DNA of 64,000 bases from Smithellaceae bacterium (GCA_963667845.2 CAXXVL010000002.1:1248001-1312000); one strand, 5' to 3'. Shown: positions 50,955 to 61,170, counted from the first letter of the stretch. Notes: a model not told the origin generated them from the sequence alone. A program made the numbers and translations.

Positions 50955-53276
50955 ATGGCATTTATGAAGAAGTATTTCGGCATATCAATATCATGCGTGG
51001 CTGCCGTCCTGGTTTTGGCGGCGGGTTGGGCGGGATCCGGCTTTGCGGCCAGGATTGATGACGGATCGCCTGTAAAACCCGCAATCGTATCGACGGTCCC
51101 GCCTATTCCGGCTGAGGCGAAAGAAAAATCTTCCGAGGTCGATTCCGCCGGGAATAAAGCAGCTGCAACGCCTTCGACCTCTGTCGCTCCGCAGGCGTCT
51201 GATGCTCCAAAGACGGCGCAGACCGTGAGCGCACCACAGGAAACCGTGCCGGCGAAAACGGATGAAGCCGCTGCGGTGTCCGAGCCGGGGCAGAAGCCCG
51301 CCGTTCGAAAAGCCACAGACAAGACTGCGGAAGCAAAAACCCCTGCGGCACCCTCGACCCGGAAGACTGCCGATAGATACGTCACGCTGGATTTCGATAA
51401 CGTGAATATTGAGGTATTTGTCAAATTTGTCAGCGAACTGACGGGCAAAAACTTTATCATCGATGAAAAAGTCAAAGGCAAGGTCACGATCCTTTCCCCC
51501 AGAAAGATTCCTCTGCGCGACGTATACAAAGTGTTTCTATCCGTTCTGGAAATCAACGGTTTTGCAACAGTTCCCGTAGGCGATATGATCAAGATCGTAC
51601 CTTCCGCCGTTGCGCGGGAAAAGAGTCTGGAAACAAGATATAAAAAGGAGGGCGCAGATTCGGATGACAGAATGGTCACGCAGATTATCGCTCTGGACCG
51701 GGCCAACCCCGATGAAGTCAAACGCGTGCTGGATCCGATTATCCCGAAAACCAGCTCGGTTCTGGCCTATGCGCCGGCGGGAATCCTGATCGTCACCGAC
51801 TATCTGTCCAATGTCCGGCGGCTGCAGGAAATCGTCCGGGCGCTGGACGTGGAAGGCGCGGGCGAACAGATCACCTATCTGCCGCTGCAAAACGCCTCCG
51901 CTTCGGAAGTCTCAAAATCGCTGACGACGATCTTTCAGCAACGCCGGCCCACCATGACGCCGATCCGGATCGTGGCTGATCCCCGGACCAATTCCATGAT
52001 TATCCTGGCGAGCGTCGCCGATACGGAAAGCGTGCGTAAGCTGGTCGCGATGATGGATAAGGACGTGCCGCGCGGTGAGTCCAATATTCAGGTCTATCGC
52101 CTGCAAAACAGCATCGCCGAAGATCTCGCCAAGGTGCTGAATAACATCATCAAGGACACCGGCAGCCAGAGCTCTGGAACAGCTCCCGGCGCCCAGGCGC
52201 AGCGCGTGGCCGTGCCCGTGGTGTCCAGGAACGTACAGATCGTGCCGGACAAGGCCACCAACACACTGGTGATCATGGCGGAGCGCGAGGACTACAAGGT
52301 TCTGGAGAGCATCATCAAGCAGCTCGATGTGCCGCGGCCGATGGTTTATATCGAAGCGCTGATTATGGAAGTCAATACCACGAAGGACTTCAAACTGGGT
52401 GTGGAATGGAGCGGTGTGAAGGACACGGGTCAGATAGACGGCAAGACAGGGACCGGCTCGGCGGCCTTTGTCAGTTCCGGCACCGGCGTTCTGTCGAGTC
52501 TCACCACGACCGCGGTCGGCACGAGCACGCTTTTGGGATTTCCCGCCGGATTTTCCATGGGTATTCTGGGCGCGGGGATTAAGATCGGCGACGTGCTGTT
52601 TCCGACGATCGGAGCAATGGTCCAGGCGTATAAGACCGATTCCGATGTGTCGATTCTTTCCACCCCGCAGCTGATGACGCTGGACAACGAGGAAGCGGAA
52701 ATCAACGTCGGCTCCAATGTGCCCTATATTACCCGTCAGGATTCGACATCAACCACTGCCGCCTACCCGGTCAATTACAACACCTATGAATATAAGGATG
52801 TCGGCGTGATTCTGACGATCACCCCTCATATCAATGTTGAAGATTTTGTCCGCCTGAAGATTTCCCAGCAGGTTACGAAAGTAACATCCGATCCGAAGAG
52901 CGCAACGCCGACCACCTTAAAAAGAACGGCCAAGACGACCGTCGTGGTCAAAGATAATGAGACCATTGTCATCGGCGGGCTGGTGGGAGACAGCACGGAT
53001 GACGGGACAAACAAGGTACCGGGGCTCGCCGAAGTCCCGATCGTGGGCTGGCTGTTCAAGGCCAAAACCGTCAAACGGGAAAAGACGAACCTGTATGTTT
53101 TTCTCACGCCGCATATTGTCCGCACGCAAAAAGACGCGGCAGCCCTCTATCAGCAAAAGAGAGAAACCATGGGTGAGGTCGTCGAAGGCATCATTAAGCT
53201 CAATGAACGGAAACAGGAGTCTTACCCGCAGGTGACACCCGAGCCCGTCGAAAAAAAGGTTCCGGCCAATCCTTAA
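50955..53276 (+). CDS. gspD: Type II secretion secretin D
   Basis: TGKNF, N-domain repeats, STPQLMTLDNEEA, DVG..L.ITP and KVP.L..P. Confidence 0.96.
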   Translation: MAFMKKYFGISISCVAAVLVLAAGWAGSGFAARIDDGSPVKPAIVSTVPPIPAEAKEKSSEVDSAGNKAAATPSTSVAPQASDAPKTAQTVSAPQETVPAKTDEAAAVSEPGQKPAVRKATDKTAEAKTPAAPSTRKTADRYVTLDFDNVNIEVFVKFVSELTGKNFIIDEKVKGKVTILSPRKIPLRDVYKVFLSVLEINGFATVPVGDMIKIVPSAVAREKSLETRYKKEGADSDDRMVTQIIALDRANPDEVKRVLDPIIPKTSSVLAYAPAGILIVTDYLSNVRRLQEIVRALDVEGAGEQITYLPLQNASASEVSKSLTTIFQQRRPTMTPIRIVADPRTNSMIILASVADTESVRKLVAMMDKDVPRGESNIQVYRLQNSIAEDLAKVLNNIIKDTGSQSSGTAPGAQAQRVAVPVVSRNVQIVPDKATNTLVIMAEREDYKVLESIIKQLDVPRPMVYIEALIMEVNTTKDFKLGVEWSGVKDTGQIDGKTGTGSAAFVSSGTGVLSSLTTTAVGTSTLLGFPAGFSMGILGAGIKIGDVLFPTIGAMVQAYKTDSDVSILSTPQLMTLDNEEAEINVGSNVPYITRQDSTSTTAAYPVNYNTYEYKDVGVILTITPHINVEDFVRLKISQQVTKVTSDPKSATPTTLKRTAKTTVVVKDNETIVIGGLVGDSTDDGTNKVPGLAEVPIVGWLFKAKTVKREKTNLYVFLTPHIVRTQKDAAALYQQKRETMGEVVEGIIKLNERKQESYPQVTPEPVEKKVPANP

Positions 53277-53296
53277 GTCCGGAAACGGTTGTATCT

Positions 53297-55084
53297 ATGT
53301 CCACCATCCTCACAGCTCTCAAAGCATCCGGAAGCCCGGATAAGGGTGCCGCCATTCCCGGCGACAATAAAGGATTGTCCCTGGATGAAAGACTGCTTGC
53401 CGCAGGTGTATCTCCCGAATCACTGACCGAAGCGCACAGCGTCAAGGGCGGTGCGGGTTTCGTTGAACAGCTGGTCCGCAAAAAAATGATCGACGAAATC
53501 CGGCTCATGAAGATTTTGTCGGAGCATTTCGGCATCCCTTTCCGGCAGGAACTGCCGATGGAGAGCATCAACATCGATTTTACGCAAAGCGTTCCCATCG
53601 CCTATTTGAAGAAACACAGGATCGTGCCGATCATCACCGCAGACGCTCAGGTGATCGCCGTCAATGACCCGATGAATTTTCAACCCGCCGACGATCTGCG
53701 GCTGCTTTTGCGGGCGCAGAATCTGCCGGTGGTTCTGGCGACGCAGGACGCGATCAATGCCGCGATCAACCTGGCCTACGACATGAGCCGCTCCTCCGCC
53801 AAGGATTACTTTGAGGAAATGAACGAAGCCACGGCCGACGATCTGATTTCGGAAATCAGCGAGACCGCCGATCTGCTCGACGAAACCAGCGACGCCCCGA
53901 TCATCAAGCTCGTAAACCTCCTGGTCTCCGGCGCCATCAAGGACCGGGCGAGCGATATTCACGTCGAGCCGTATTCCGCGAACCTGAAAATCCGCTACCG
54001 GATTGACGGGATTCTGTACGATATCCTGAGTCTGCCGCGCCGGATTCAGTCGCCGCTGGTTTCGCGCATCAAAATCATGGCCAAGCTCAACATTGCCGAG
54101 AAGCGTCTGCCGCAGGACGGCCGGATTGAATTAAAGATCGCCGATCGTTTAGTGGACGTACGCGTCTCGGTGCTGCCCACGGCCTTCGGCGAGCGGGTCG
54201 TTTTGCGCCTGCTTGATAAATCCTCGAACATCCTGCTTTTGTCGGATCTGGGCATGCACGATGAGCGCATCAAGCTTTTGGACCGCCTGATCAAATCGCC
54301 TTACGGGATCATTCTGGTGACGGGGCCGACCGGCAGCGGGAAAACGACCACGCTCTACGCGGCGCTTTCCACGATCAACCGTCCCGAGATCAATATCATT
54401 ACCATTGAAGACCCGATTGAATATCAAATCGACGGCGTCGGTCAGATCCAGGTTAATCCCAAGATCGAACTTACGTTTGCCGCCGGACTGCGTTCGATTG
54501 TCCGCCAGGACCCGGATGTCATTCTGATCGGCGAAATCCGCGACCGGGAAACCGCCGAGATCGCCATCCAGTCGTCGCTGACCGGACACCTTGTTTTCTC
54601 GACGCTGCATACCAACGACGCGGCCAGTGCCGTGACGCGGCTGATCGATATGGGCATCGAGCCCTTCCTGGTCACGTCTTCGATTGTGGCAATTATCGCC
54701 CAGCGCCTCGTCCGCGTGCTGTGTCCGCACTGCAAGGAAGTCTACACGCCCGATGAAGAAACCCTGGCGAATCTTTGCCTCGATCCGTCGGTGCTCATGG
54801 ATAACACCTTTTACCGCAAGAAAGGCTGCAATCTCTGCATGCAGACCGGTTTCCGCGGCCGGACAGCTATTTTTGAAATTCTGGTCGTGGATGATAACGT
54901 GAAACGGCTGGTGTTGAAGACCTCTGATGCCAACCAGATCAACGAACTGGCCGTGAAGCAGGGCATGATCACACTCCAGCAGGACGGTATTCAAAAAGTA
55001 ATGGCCGGTATTACGACAACCGAAGAGGTCTTGCGCGTGACGAGATCGCTTGCCCGCAAGGAAGATATTGTTCAGGAAACCTAG
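53297..55084 (+). CDS. gspE: Type II secretion ATPase E
   Basis: ASDIH, GPTGSGKTT, RQDPD, TGHLV.STLH and tetra-Cys motif. Confidence 0.96.
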   Translation: MSTILTALKASGSPDKGAAIPGDNKGLSLDERLLAAGVSPESLTEAHSVKGGAGFVEQLVRKKMIDEIRLMKILSEHFGIPFRQELPMESINIDFTQSVPIAYLKKHRIVPIITADAQVIAVNDPMNFQPADDLRLLLRAQNLPVVLATQDAINAAINLAYDMSRSSAKDYFEEMNEATADDLISEISETADLLDETSDAPIIKLVNLLVSGAIKDRASDIHVEPYSANLKIRYRIDGILYDILSLPRRIQSPLVSRIKIMAKLNIAEKRLPQDGRIELKIADRLVDVRVSVLPTAFGERVVLRLLDKSSNILLLSDLGMHDERIKLLDRLIKSPYGIILVTGPTGSGKTTTLYAALSTINRPEINIITIEDPIEYQIDGVGQIQVNPKIELTFAAGLRSIVRQDPDVILIGEIRDRETAEIAIQSSLTGHLVFSTLHTNDAASAVTRLIDMGIEPFLVTSSIVAIIAQRLVRVLCPHCKEVYTPDEETLANLCLDPSVLMDNTFYRKKGCNLCMQTGFRGRTAIFEILVVDDNVKRLVLKTSDANQINELAVKQGMITLQQDGIQKVMAGITTTEEVLRVTRSLARKEDIVQET

Positions 55085-55099
55085 ACATTGAGGGTCGGT

Positions 55100-55687
55100 A
55101 TGAAGAAAAAACAAGGATATTCCGATGAGGTTTGCCGTTCGTTCGATCTGCCGGGTGCCCCAAATACCAAAGCCGTGCTGGAAATGGTCTGCCGCCGGGC
55201 CGAGCGGCCGGGCATCGTCAAGATCATCATTCCAACCTATTCCGGGAAAACGGCGCTTCTGGCCGCCGAAATGATTGATCCGGCTAGGATCGTCGCCGTC
55301 ACCACAGCCTATGGGTTTGATAAGCCCAACGCCCAGGTCATGAAGGAAAGCGTGCGGGATAAACTCCTCGAAAAAGGGATGCGGGTTGTGACCGGAACGC
55401 ATGCGCTGGGCGGCGTGGGGCGCTCCGTACGCAAGAAACTGGGCGCTTATCAGGTGGATGAAATCATTGCCTATACGCTGCGCATTTTCGGACAGGGAAC
55501 CAAAGTGGCAATTGAAGCTGCACTGATGGCGGCGGATGCCGGCTCAGTGCCGACGGATAAGAACGTCATCTCGACGGGAGGTTCGTCTTCCGGATTGGAC
55601 ACGGCGCTCGTTTTGCAGCCCGCCAACGCCAGCTCCTTTCTGGATGTTAAAGTCCGGGAAGTGATCTGCAAGCCGGCCTATTTCTGA
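55100..55687 (+). CDS. Pyruvate kinase C-terminal-like (PK_C) stand-alone protein
   Basis: SGKTA, THALGG, LRIFGQG.KV..E and MAADAG. Confidence 0.8.
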   Translation: MKKKQGYSDEVCRSFDLPGAPNTKAVLEMVCRRAERPGIVKIIIPTYSGKTALLAAEMIDPARIVAVTTAYGFDKPNAQVMKESVRDKLLEKGMRVVTGTHALGGVGRSVRKKLGAYQVDEIIAYTLRIFGQGTKVAIEAALMAADAGSVPTDKNVISTGGSSSGLDTALVLQPANASSFLDVKVREVICKPAYF

Positions 55688-55731
55688 TGATCCGGCGTCG
55701 TCGCGCCGGAAAGACCCGGACGGGTGGAATA

Positions 55732-56571
55732 ATGAACGGAAAAAAATCACATTTGATTCGCTTCCACAAGATGAGCGGGAGCGGCAACGACTTCATCATC
55801 ATCGATAACCGCGACCTGTCGCTGCCGATTGCCGATGTGCCGGATTTTGTCCGCCGTGTTTGCCGGAGGAAAGTCTCCGTGGGAGCGGACGGGCTCTTCC
55901 TTATTGAACCGTCCGCCGTCGCCGATTTCAAGTGGCAATTTTTCAATTCCGACGGCTCTGTTGCGGAGATGTGCGGGAATGGCAGCCGCTGCGTGGCGCG
56001 CTTTGCCCATCACGTCGGGTTTGCCGGGCCCAGGATGTCTTTTGAGACGCTGGCCGGCATTATTACCGCCGAGGTAAATGGCGACAGCGTCAAAGTCCGC
56101 CTGACGGATCCTTCGCTCCTCAAGCAGAATGTGAACCTTGCTCTGGCCGGGGGTGACTGCGGGATGGATGTTATTGATACGGGTGTGCCCCATGCCGTTT
56201 GTTTCGTTGAATTCGTGGAAGCAGTTGATGTTGCGGCGGTTGGGCGGGAAATCCGTCGCCACGAATTTTTCCGGCCCCGGGGCACCAATGCGAATTTCGC
56301 TTCCGTATTCGACCGGCATACCATGCGGGTCAGGACGTACGAGCGCGGCGTCGAAGACGAGACGCTGGCCTGCGGCACGGGCGCTGTGGCGTCGGTGCTG
56401 GCCGCCGCCTCGCGCCATCTGGTGGATTCGCCGGTGGATGTGACCGTGCAAAGCGGAGAAGTCCTGCGCGTCTATTTTTCCGGGGAAGGCAATCGTTTTG
56501 GGGAAATTTATCTTGAAGGGAAAGTAAAAATGGTCTATCAGGGAGTGCTTTTTGAAGAAGCCTACCAATAA
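55732..56571 (+). CDS. dapF: Diaminopimelate epimerase
   Basis: KM.G.GNDF, EMCGNG, GVPH and YERGVEDETLACGTG. Confidence 0.96.
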   Translation: MNGKKSHLIRFHKMSGSGNDFIIIDNRDLSLPIADVPDFVRRVCRRKVSVGADGLFLIEPSAVADFKWQFFNSDGSVAEMCGNGSRCVARFAHHVGFAGPRMSFETLAGIITAEVNGDSVKVRLTDPSLLKQNVNLALAGGDCGMDVIDTGVPHAVCFVEFVEAVDVAAVGREIRRHEFFRPRGTNANFASVFDRHTMRVRTYERGVEDETLACGTGAVASVLAAASRHLVDSPVDVTVQSGEVLRVYFSGEGNRFGEIYLEGKVKMVYQGVLFEEAYQ

Positions 56572-57763
56572 AAAACCCAGGAGGCCCCCAACTGTGCAAA
56601 CCGCTGATCGATTAAAGAAAATACCCCCATACCTGTTCATGGAGCTCCGCAAGAAGATCAACAAAGCCAAGAGTGAAGGCGTGGATGTGATATCCCTCGC
56701 GATTGGCGATCCCGTAGAAGCCACACCCGGTTCCATCATCGACGAGTTGTGCCGGTCTGCCCGTGACCCGCAGAATCACCGCTATCCGACAGACGAAGAA
56801 AAAGGCATGCTGGCGTTTCGCAAGGAAATCGCCCGCTGGTATGGCGAACGATACGGCGTCAGCCTGAATCCCGAAAATGAAATCCTGGGGCTCATCGGTT
56901 CGAAGGAAGGCTGCCACCATTTTGTTCTGTCCCGCGTCAATCCCGGCGATATCGTGCTCATGACCGATCCGGGCTATCCGGCTTACCGTTCCAGCATTCT
57001 GATGGGCGAGGGCGTTCCCTATAATATCCCCATTCTGGCGAAAAACAATTATCTGCCGGTCCTGGAAGATATTCCGACGGATCTGGCCAAAAAAGCGTCC
57101 GCGATGTTCTTGAATTATCCGAACAATCCGACGGGCGCCTGCGCCACGCTGGATTTTCTGGACAAGCTGGTGGCCTTTGCGGGCGAGAATGACATTGCCG
57201 TCTGTTATGACAATCCTTACAGCGAGATTGTCTTTGCCGGGCAGGAGCGCCTAAGCTTTCTTCAGGCTCCCGGCGCCAAAGATGTGGGTGTGGAGCTCAA
57301 TTCTCTATCCAAACCGTTTAACATGTGCGGCTGGAGGATCGGCATGGCCTGCGGCAATCCCGACCTGATTGCCGGGATCAGCAAAGTCAAGGAAAATACC
57401 GATTCCGGCATCTTTAACGCCGTCCAGTTTGCCGGCATTGCCGCTCTGCATTCTGAAGCGGGCTTCATCGAGGACATGCTCTCCATTTATGGCCGACGGC
57501 GGGAACTGGTTTTAAAGACCCTCAAAAAGATCGGTATTGATTTTAATCCGCCGCGGGGAACATTTTATCTATGGGTGCCGACGCCCAAAGGGTTGACGTC
57601 GCTCGAATTCACCAACCGTCTGTTTGACAAAACCGCCGTCGTGGTTGCCTCGGGAACGGCTTACGGCCAGTATGGTGAAGGCTTTGTCCGCATTTCACTT
57701 ACCGTGCCGGATGATAGATTGAAAGAGGCGATGAGTCGCATAGAAAAAGAATTTGCGGGATAA
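56552..57763 (+). CDS. dapL: LL-diaminopimelate aminotransferase (class I PLP enzyme)
   Basis: PPYLF, LIGSKEG, NYPNNPTG, SLSK.FNM.GWRIG and DSG.F; adjacent to dapF. The start may be slightly downstream. Confidence 0.8.
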   Translation: MKKPTNKKPRRPPTVQTADRLKKIPPYLFMELRKKINKAKSEGVDVISLAIGDPVEATPGSIIDELCRSARDPQNHRYPTDEEKGMLAFRKEIARWYGERYGVSLNPENEILGLIGSKEGCHHFVLSRVNPGDIVLMTDPGYPAYRSSILMGEGVPYNIPILAKNNYLPVLEDIPTDLAKKASAMFLNYPNNPTGACATLDFLDKLVAFAGENDIAVCYDNPYSEIVFAGQERLSFLQAPGAKDVGVELNSLSKPFNMCGWRIGMACGNPDLIAGISKVKENTDSGIFNAVQFAGIAALHSEAGFIEDMLSIYGRRRELVLKTLKKIGIDFNPPRGTFYLWVPTPKGLTSLEFTNRLFDKTAVVVASGTAYGQYGEGFVRISLTVPDDRLKEAMSRIEKEFAG

Positions 57764-57881
57764 CGCCGGAAAAAGTCTGTATGCGGCGTTGCGCTGCAGC
57801 CTCGGGTGTTGCGGCGTATGAACTATCCGCCTCACTTCCTTGGCCTTGCGCGCCTTGCTTCCAGAGCCTTTTGCGACGTTA
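57761..57881 (+). mobile_element. ~121 bp MITE-like repeat, copy 2 (diverged)
   Basis: Ends TAACGCCGGAAAA / TTTTGCGACGTTA, with the same internal blocks as copy 1. Confidence 0.65.
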
Positions 57882-58023
57882 TTGAATTTATAGCAAAAAG
57901 AATATTAGGGAACGGTCGCATCACCTACTGAAACCGTTCTCTGCGGTGAAAAGCATCATTCCGCTGCGGCGGGAATCGGGGAAGTAAAGCGTAAAGGTAC
58001 TTTGAAGAAAAGGTAGTAAAAAA

Positions 58024-59055
58024 ATGGAAATGGGTATTCTCGGTCTTCCCCAAAGCGGGAAGAGCACGTTGTTTGAAATTATGACCGGTGTGAAAAGTAG
58101 CCAGTTGCACGGCGAAACGGTTGTGCGGGGCCAGGCGTCCGTGCCGGACGCACGGTTCGACAAACTCGTCGAAATTTACAAACCGGTCAAAGTCTCTCCG
58201 GCCAAAGTTCCGTTCTCCGATGTACACGCCGTGGGCGAACACCCCTGGGAGGCCATCCGCCAGAACCTGAGCGGCGCGGATGCCATTCTGCATGTAGTCG
58301 ACGGTTTTTCCCTGCCGGATATTTCACTTGCGCTCGACGCTTATCGCAAGCTGGAAGACGAGCTGGTCCTCTCTGATCTTTTGATCATCGAAAAAAAGGT
58401 CGAACGGCTTGCCAAAATGTCCAAGAAGGCAATCTCGCCGCAGGAAACGGCGCAAAACGATCTTCTACCGAAATTGAAGGATTGCCTGGAAGCAGGGAAA
58501 CCGCTGCGGACGGCGGGGCTCACGCCTCTCGAAGTCTTCACGCTGCGCAGTTTTTCGTTCTGGACGATCAAACCGGAACTCGTGGTGATCAACGTGGCTG
58601 AAGACAATCTGTCTTTTGCCGATGAATTTGCGAAAGCCGCCAATCTCGCGGAACCGGTCATGGGAATCTGCTGCAAGATCGAGGCGGAGCTGACCGGGCT
58701 CGATGCCGCCGATCAGAAGGAATTCTTATCATCCATGGGCATTGCCGAACCGGCGTTCGGCCGCATCATCCGCGGCGCGTTTTCCTTGCTTGGCCGCATC
58801 TCTTTCTTTACCGTGGGAGAAGACGAAGTCAAGGCCTGGGTGATTCCCGCCGAGACGAAAGCACCCAAGGCCGCCGGCGCCATACACAACGACTTCGAAC
58901 GGGGCTTCATCAAAGCCGAAGTCATGTCTTATGATGATTTCATCGCCCACAACGGATCCGTTGCGCAGGTCAAATCCGCCGGACGCCTGCGCCTGGAAGG
59001 CAAAGAGTATATCGTTCAGGACGGCGACATCATCACCTTCCGTTTTAACGTGTAA
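58024..59055 (+). CDS. ychF: YchF/Obg-like ATPase (divergent)
   Basis: GLPQSGKSTLF, FFTVG.DEV.AW, AG.IH.DFERGFIKAE and EGKEYIVQDGD..FRFNV. Confidence 0.85.
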   Translation: MEMGILGLPQSGKSTLFEIMTGVKSSQLHGETVVRGQASVPDARFDKLVEIYKPVKVSPAKVPFSDVHAVGEHPWEAIRQNLSGADAILHVVDGFSLPDISLALDAYRKLEDELVLSDLLIIEKKVERLAKMSKKAISPQETAQNDLLPKLKDCLEAGKPLRTAGLTPLEVFTLRSFSFWTIKPELVVINVAEDNLSFADEFAKAANLAEPVMGICCKIEAELTGLDAADQKEFLSSMGIAEPAFGRIIRGAFSLLGRISFFTVGEDEVKAWVIPAETKAPKAAGAIHNDFERGFIKAEVMSYDDFIAHNGSVAQVKSAGRLRLEGKEYIVQDGDIITFRFNV

Positions 59056-59122
59056 TGAATCGCCGGGAAACGGGACACAACATCTGCAAACGCGTCGAGT
59101 AGAAACGGGAATGCTGCCGAAG

Positions 59123-59572
59123 ATGAAAATTTATATTGCACGAGCGGTTATGGTTTTGACGGCCCTCGCTGTCTCCGGGTGCTGTGCGAGTTTCACCAAA
59201 GAAGTGATTGTCACACCTCAGGCGCCGGCTGCCATCGGCCCTTACTCCCAGGCCGTCAAATCCGGTAATCTGCTGTTCCTGTCCGGTCAGATCGCCATCG
59301 ATCCCCGGACCAACCAGTTTGTCGCCGGCTCCGTCGAAGACCAGACCAGGCGAGTGCTCGAAAACCTCAAGGCGGTGCTCAACGCCAACGGCATGACTTT
59401 GGAGCATGTCGTTTCCACGACCATCTTCCTTACGGATATGAATGATTTTGTCAAAGTGAATGCCGTTTACGGCACGTTCTTCAAGGACAAGCCGCCGGCT
59501 CGCGCAACGGTTGGGGTGTCCGGTCTGCCGAAGGGCGCTCTTGTGGAAATATCCGCCATCGCCGCGCGGTGA
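59123..59572 (+). CDS. RidA/YjgF/UK114 family protein with an N-terminal lipoprotein-like signal
   Basis: APAAIGPYSQA, LSGQI, PAR and LPKGALVEI. Confidence 0.9.
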   Translation: MKIYIARAVMVLTALAVSGCCASFTKEVIVTPQAPAAIGPYSQAVKSGNLLFLSGQIAIDPRTNQFVAGSVEDQTRRVLENLKAVLNANGMTLEHVVSTTIFLTDMNDFVKVNAVYGTFFKDKPPARATVGVSGLPKGALVEISAIAAR

Positions 59573-59738
59573 AAACGTCTCGCGGCCGCGTAAAAGCCGG
59601 TTATTCGGGACGAGAAATCATAACCCTCATGGCGATTGCCGGAGACGCCATGATGATCAGCGGCATGGGTTGCCGGTGCTTCCGGAAGGAACTAGAGCTT
59701 TTCAGTTGCAGTCTGGACCGGCTTGTCCGGATAAATTC

Positions 59739-59766
59739 TTGACAAATCTTCCGGGCGTGTTATCAA
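59739..59766 (+). promoter_or_regulatory. Sigma-70-like promoter upstream of the SDR gene
   Basis: TTGACA-N16-TATCAA, with TG just upstream of the -10. Confidence 0.4.
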
Positions 59767-59816
59767 TTTTAGCATAACTTTACGGTGATTAACTCCATGA
59801 CTCAAAAGGAGGGTCT

Positions 59817-60581
59817 ATGCTCGAATCTTTGAAGGACAAAATTTGCTGGATTACGGGGGCGGGAACAGGAATTGGCCAGGCGGCTGCAATCTCCCTGGCC
59901 CGGGAAGGCGCGCAGGTGGTGCTTTCGGGGCGCAGAATGACCGTGCTGGAGAAGACGGCGGAACTGGCCGGCCAGACAGGCTCCAAAGCATCGATTGAAA
60001 TACTCGATGTTTCCGATCCAAAATCCGTCGATGCCGTGGCGGACCGGATCGTTAAACAGTACGGCCGTCTGGATATCCTGGTCAATAATGCGGGCACCAA
60101 TGTGGCTGAGCGCCATTGGGCAAAAGTGACGCCGGAAAAATGGAAAGAAGTGATCGACGTTGACTTAAACGGCGCGTTTTATTGCGCCCGCGCCGTTCTT
60201 CCCGCGATGCGCGCTCAAAAAGACGGTTTGATCATCAATGTGTCGTCCTGGGCCGGGCGATTTTATTCGCATCTGACCGGGCCTGCCTATAGCGCGGCCA
60301 AATTCGGTCTGATGGCCCTGAACGCCAGCATCAATATGGAAGAATGCATCAACGGGATCCGCGCCTGTGCGATGTGCCCCGGTGAAGTCTGGACGCCGAT
60401 CATGGACCGCCGGCCGGATCAGCTTTCCGATGAGGTCAAGGCGAAAATGCTCCGGTCCGAAGATGTCGGAGAGACCATCGCGTTTCTGGCCCGCCTGCCC
60501 AAAACGGTCTGCATCAATGAGCTGATTATCAGCCCGACATGGAATCGCCTTTATATCAAAGATCTGACGCCGCAGCCTTAA
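59817..60581 (+). CDS. SDR family oxidoreductase
   Basis: TGAGTGIG, NNAG and YSAAK. Confidence 0.93.
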   Translation: MLESLKDKICWITGAGTGIGQAAAISLAREGAQVVLSGRRMTVLEKTAELAGQTGSKASIEILDVSDPKSVDAVADRIVKQYGRLDILVNNAGTNVAERHWAKVTPEKWKEVIDVDLNGAFYCARAVLPAMRAQKDGLIINVSSWAGRFYSHLTGPAYSAAKFGLMALNASINMEECINGIRACAMCPGEVWTPIMDRRPDQLSDEVKAKMLRSEDVGETIAFLARLPKTVCINELIISPTWNRLYIKDLTPQP

Positions 60582-60597
60582 AGAAAGGAGACCGTCG

Positions 60598-61059
60598 ATG
60601 ACGCCCCAGGAGATGAGAAAAAAATCCATCGGAATGATGGCGGTCGAGCGGTTTCATTGCAGCCAGGCAGTTGCCGCCGTGGGTCAGGAAAAGCTCGGCC
60701 GGGGAAATGATGACGTGATCCGCGCGATGGGCGCTTTCGGCGGCGGACTGGGGGGCAACGGTGAAGTCTGCGGTGCGCTGGCCGGGGCCCTCGCAGTGAT
60801 CGGGCTGCGCTACAGCCGCGCACACGCCGATGAAAAGGAAAATCCGCAAATGTGGGCGGACACCGAGGAGTTGGTTCGGCGGTTTCGTGATGAAATTGTC
60901 AACCGTGACGGAACCATCTACTGCCGCGATATTGCGCAGGTGAACTGGCTTAGCCGCGCAGAGGCCAAAGCATTTTATCAGGGCGACAAAGTTAAGGAAT
61001 GTATCCGCATTGTCGGTGAGACGGCGCTGCTGCTCGGAGAAATGCTGGAAAGGGGATGA
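60598..61059 (+). CDS. C_GCAxxG_C_C family putative redox protein
   Basis: CSQAV, FGGG, CGALAG and two distal cysteines. Confidence 0.85.
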   Translation: MTPQEMRKKSIGMMAVERFHCSQAVAAVGQEKLGRGNDDVIRAMGAFGGGLGGNGEVCGALAGALAVIGLRYSRAHADEKENPQMWADTEELVRRFRDEIVNRDGTIYCRDIAQVNWLSRAEAKAFYQGDKVKECIRIVGETALLLGEMLERG

Positions 61060-61170
61060 CGCTCTTCCTGAGCGCGGCGCCTTTCCCGTTTTTAATCACG
61101 AAAATAAAGTCAGGACTGTTTCGATAAACCCTCTTTTCCGATGCGGCCGGCGCTTCGCATCGGGAACAGT

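Noticed and set aside
54149..55402. 417 aa minus-strand ORF, and similar long antisense ORFs (7190-7846, 11953-12819, 28028-28990, 55747-56739)
   Set aside because: They lie opposite well-supported genes and have no motifs; they are shadow frames expected from codon bias.
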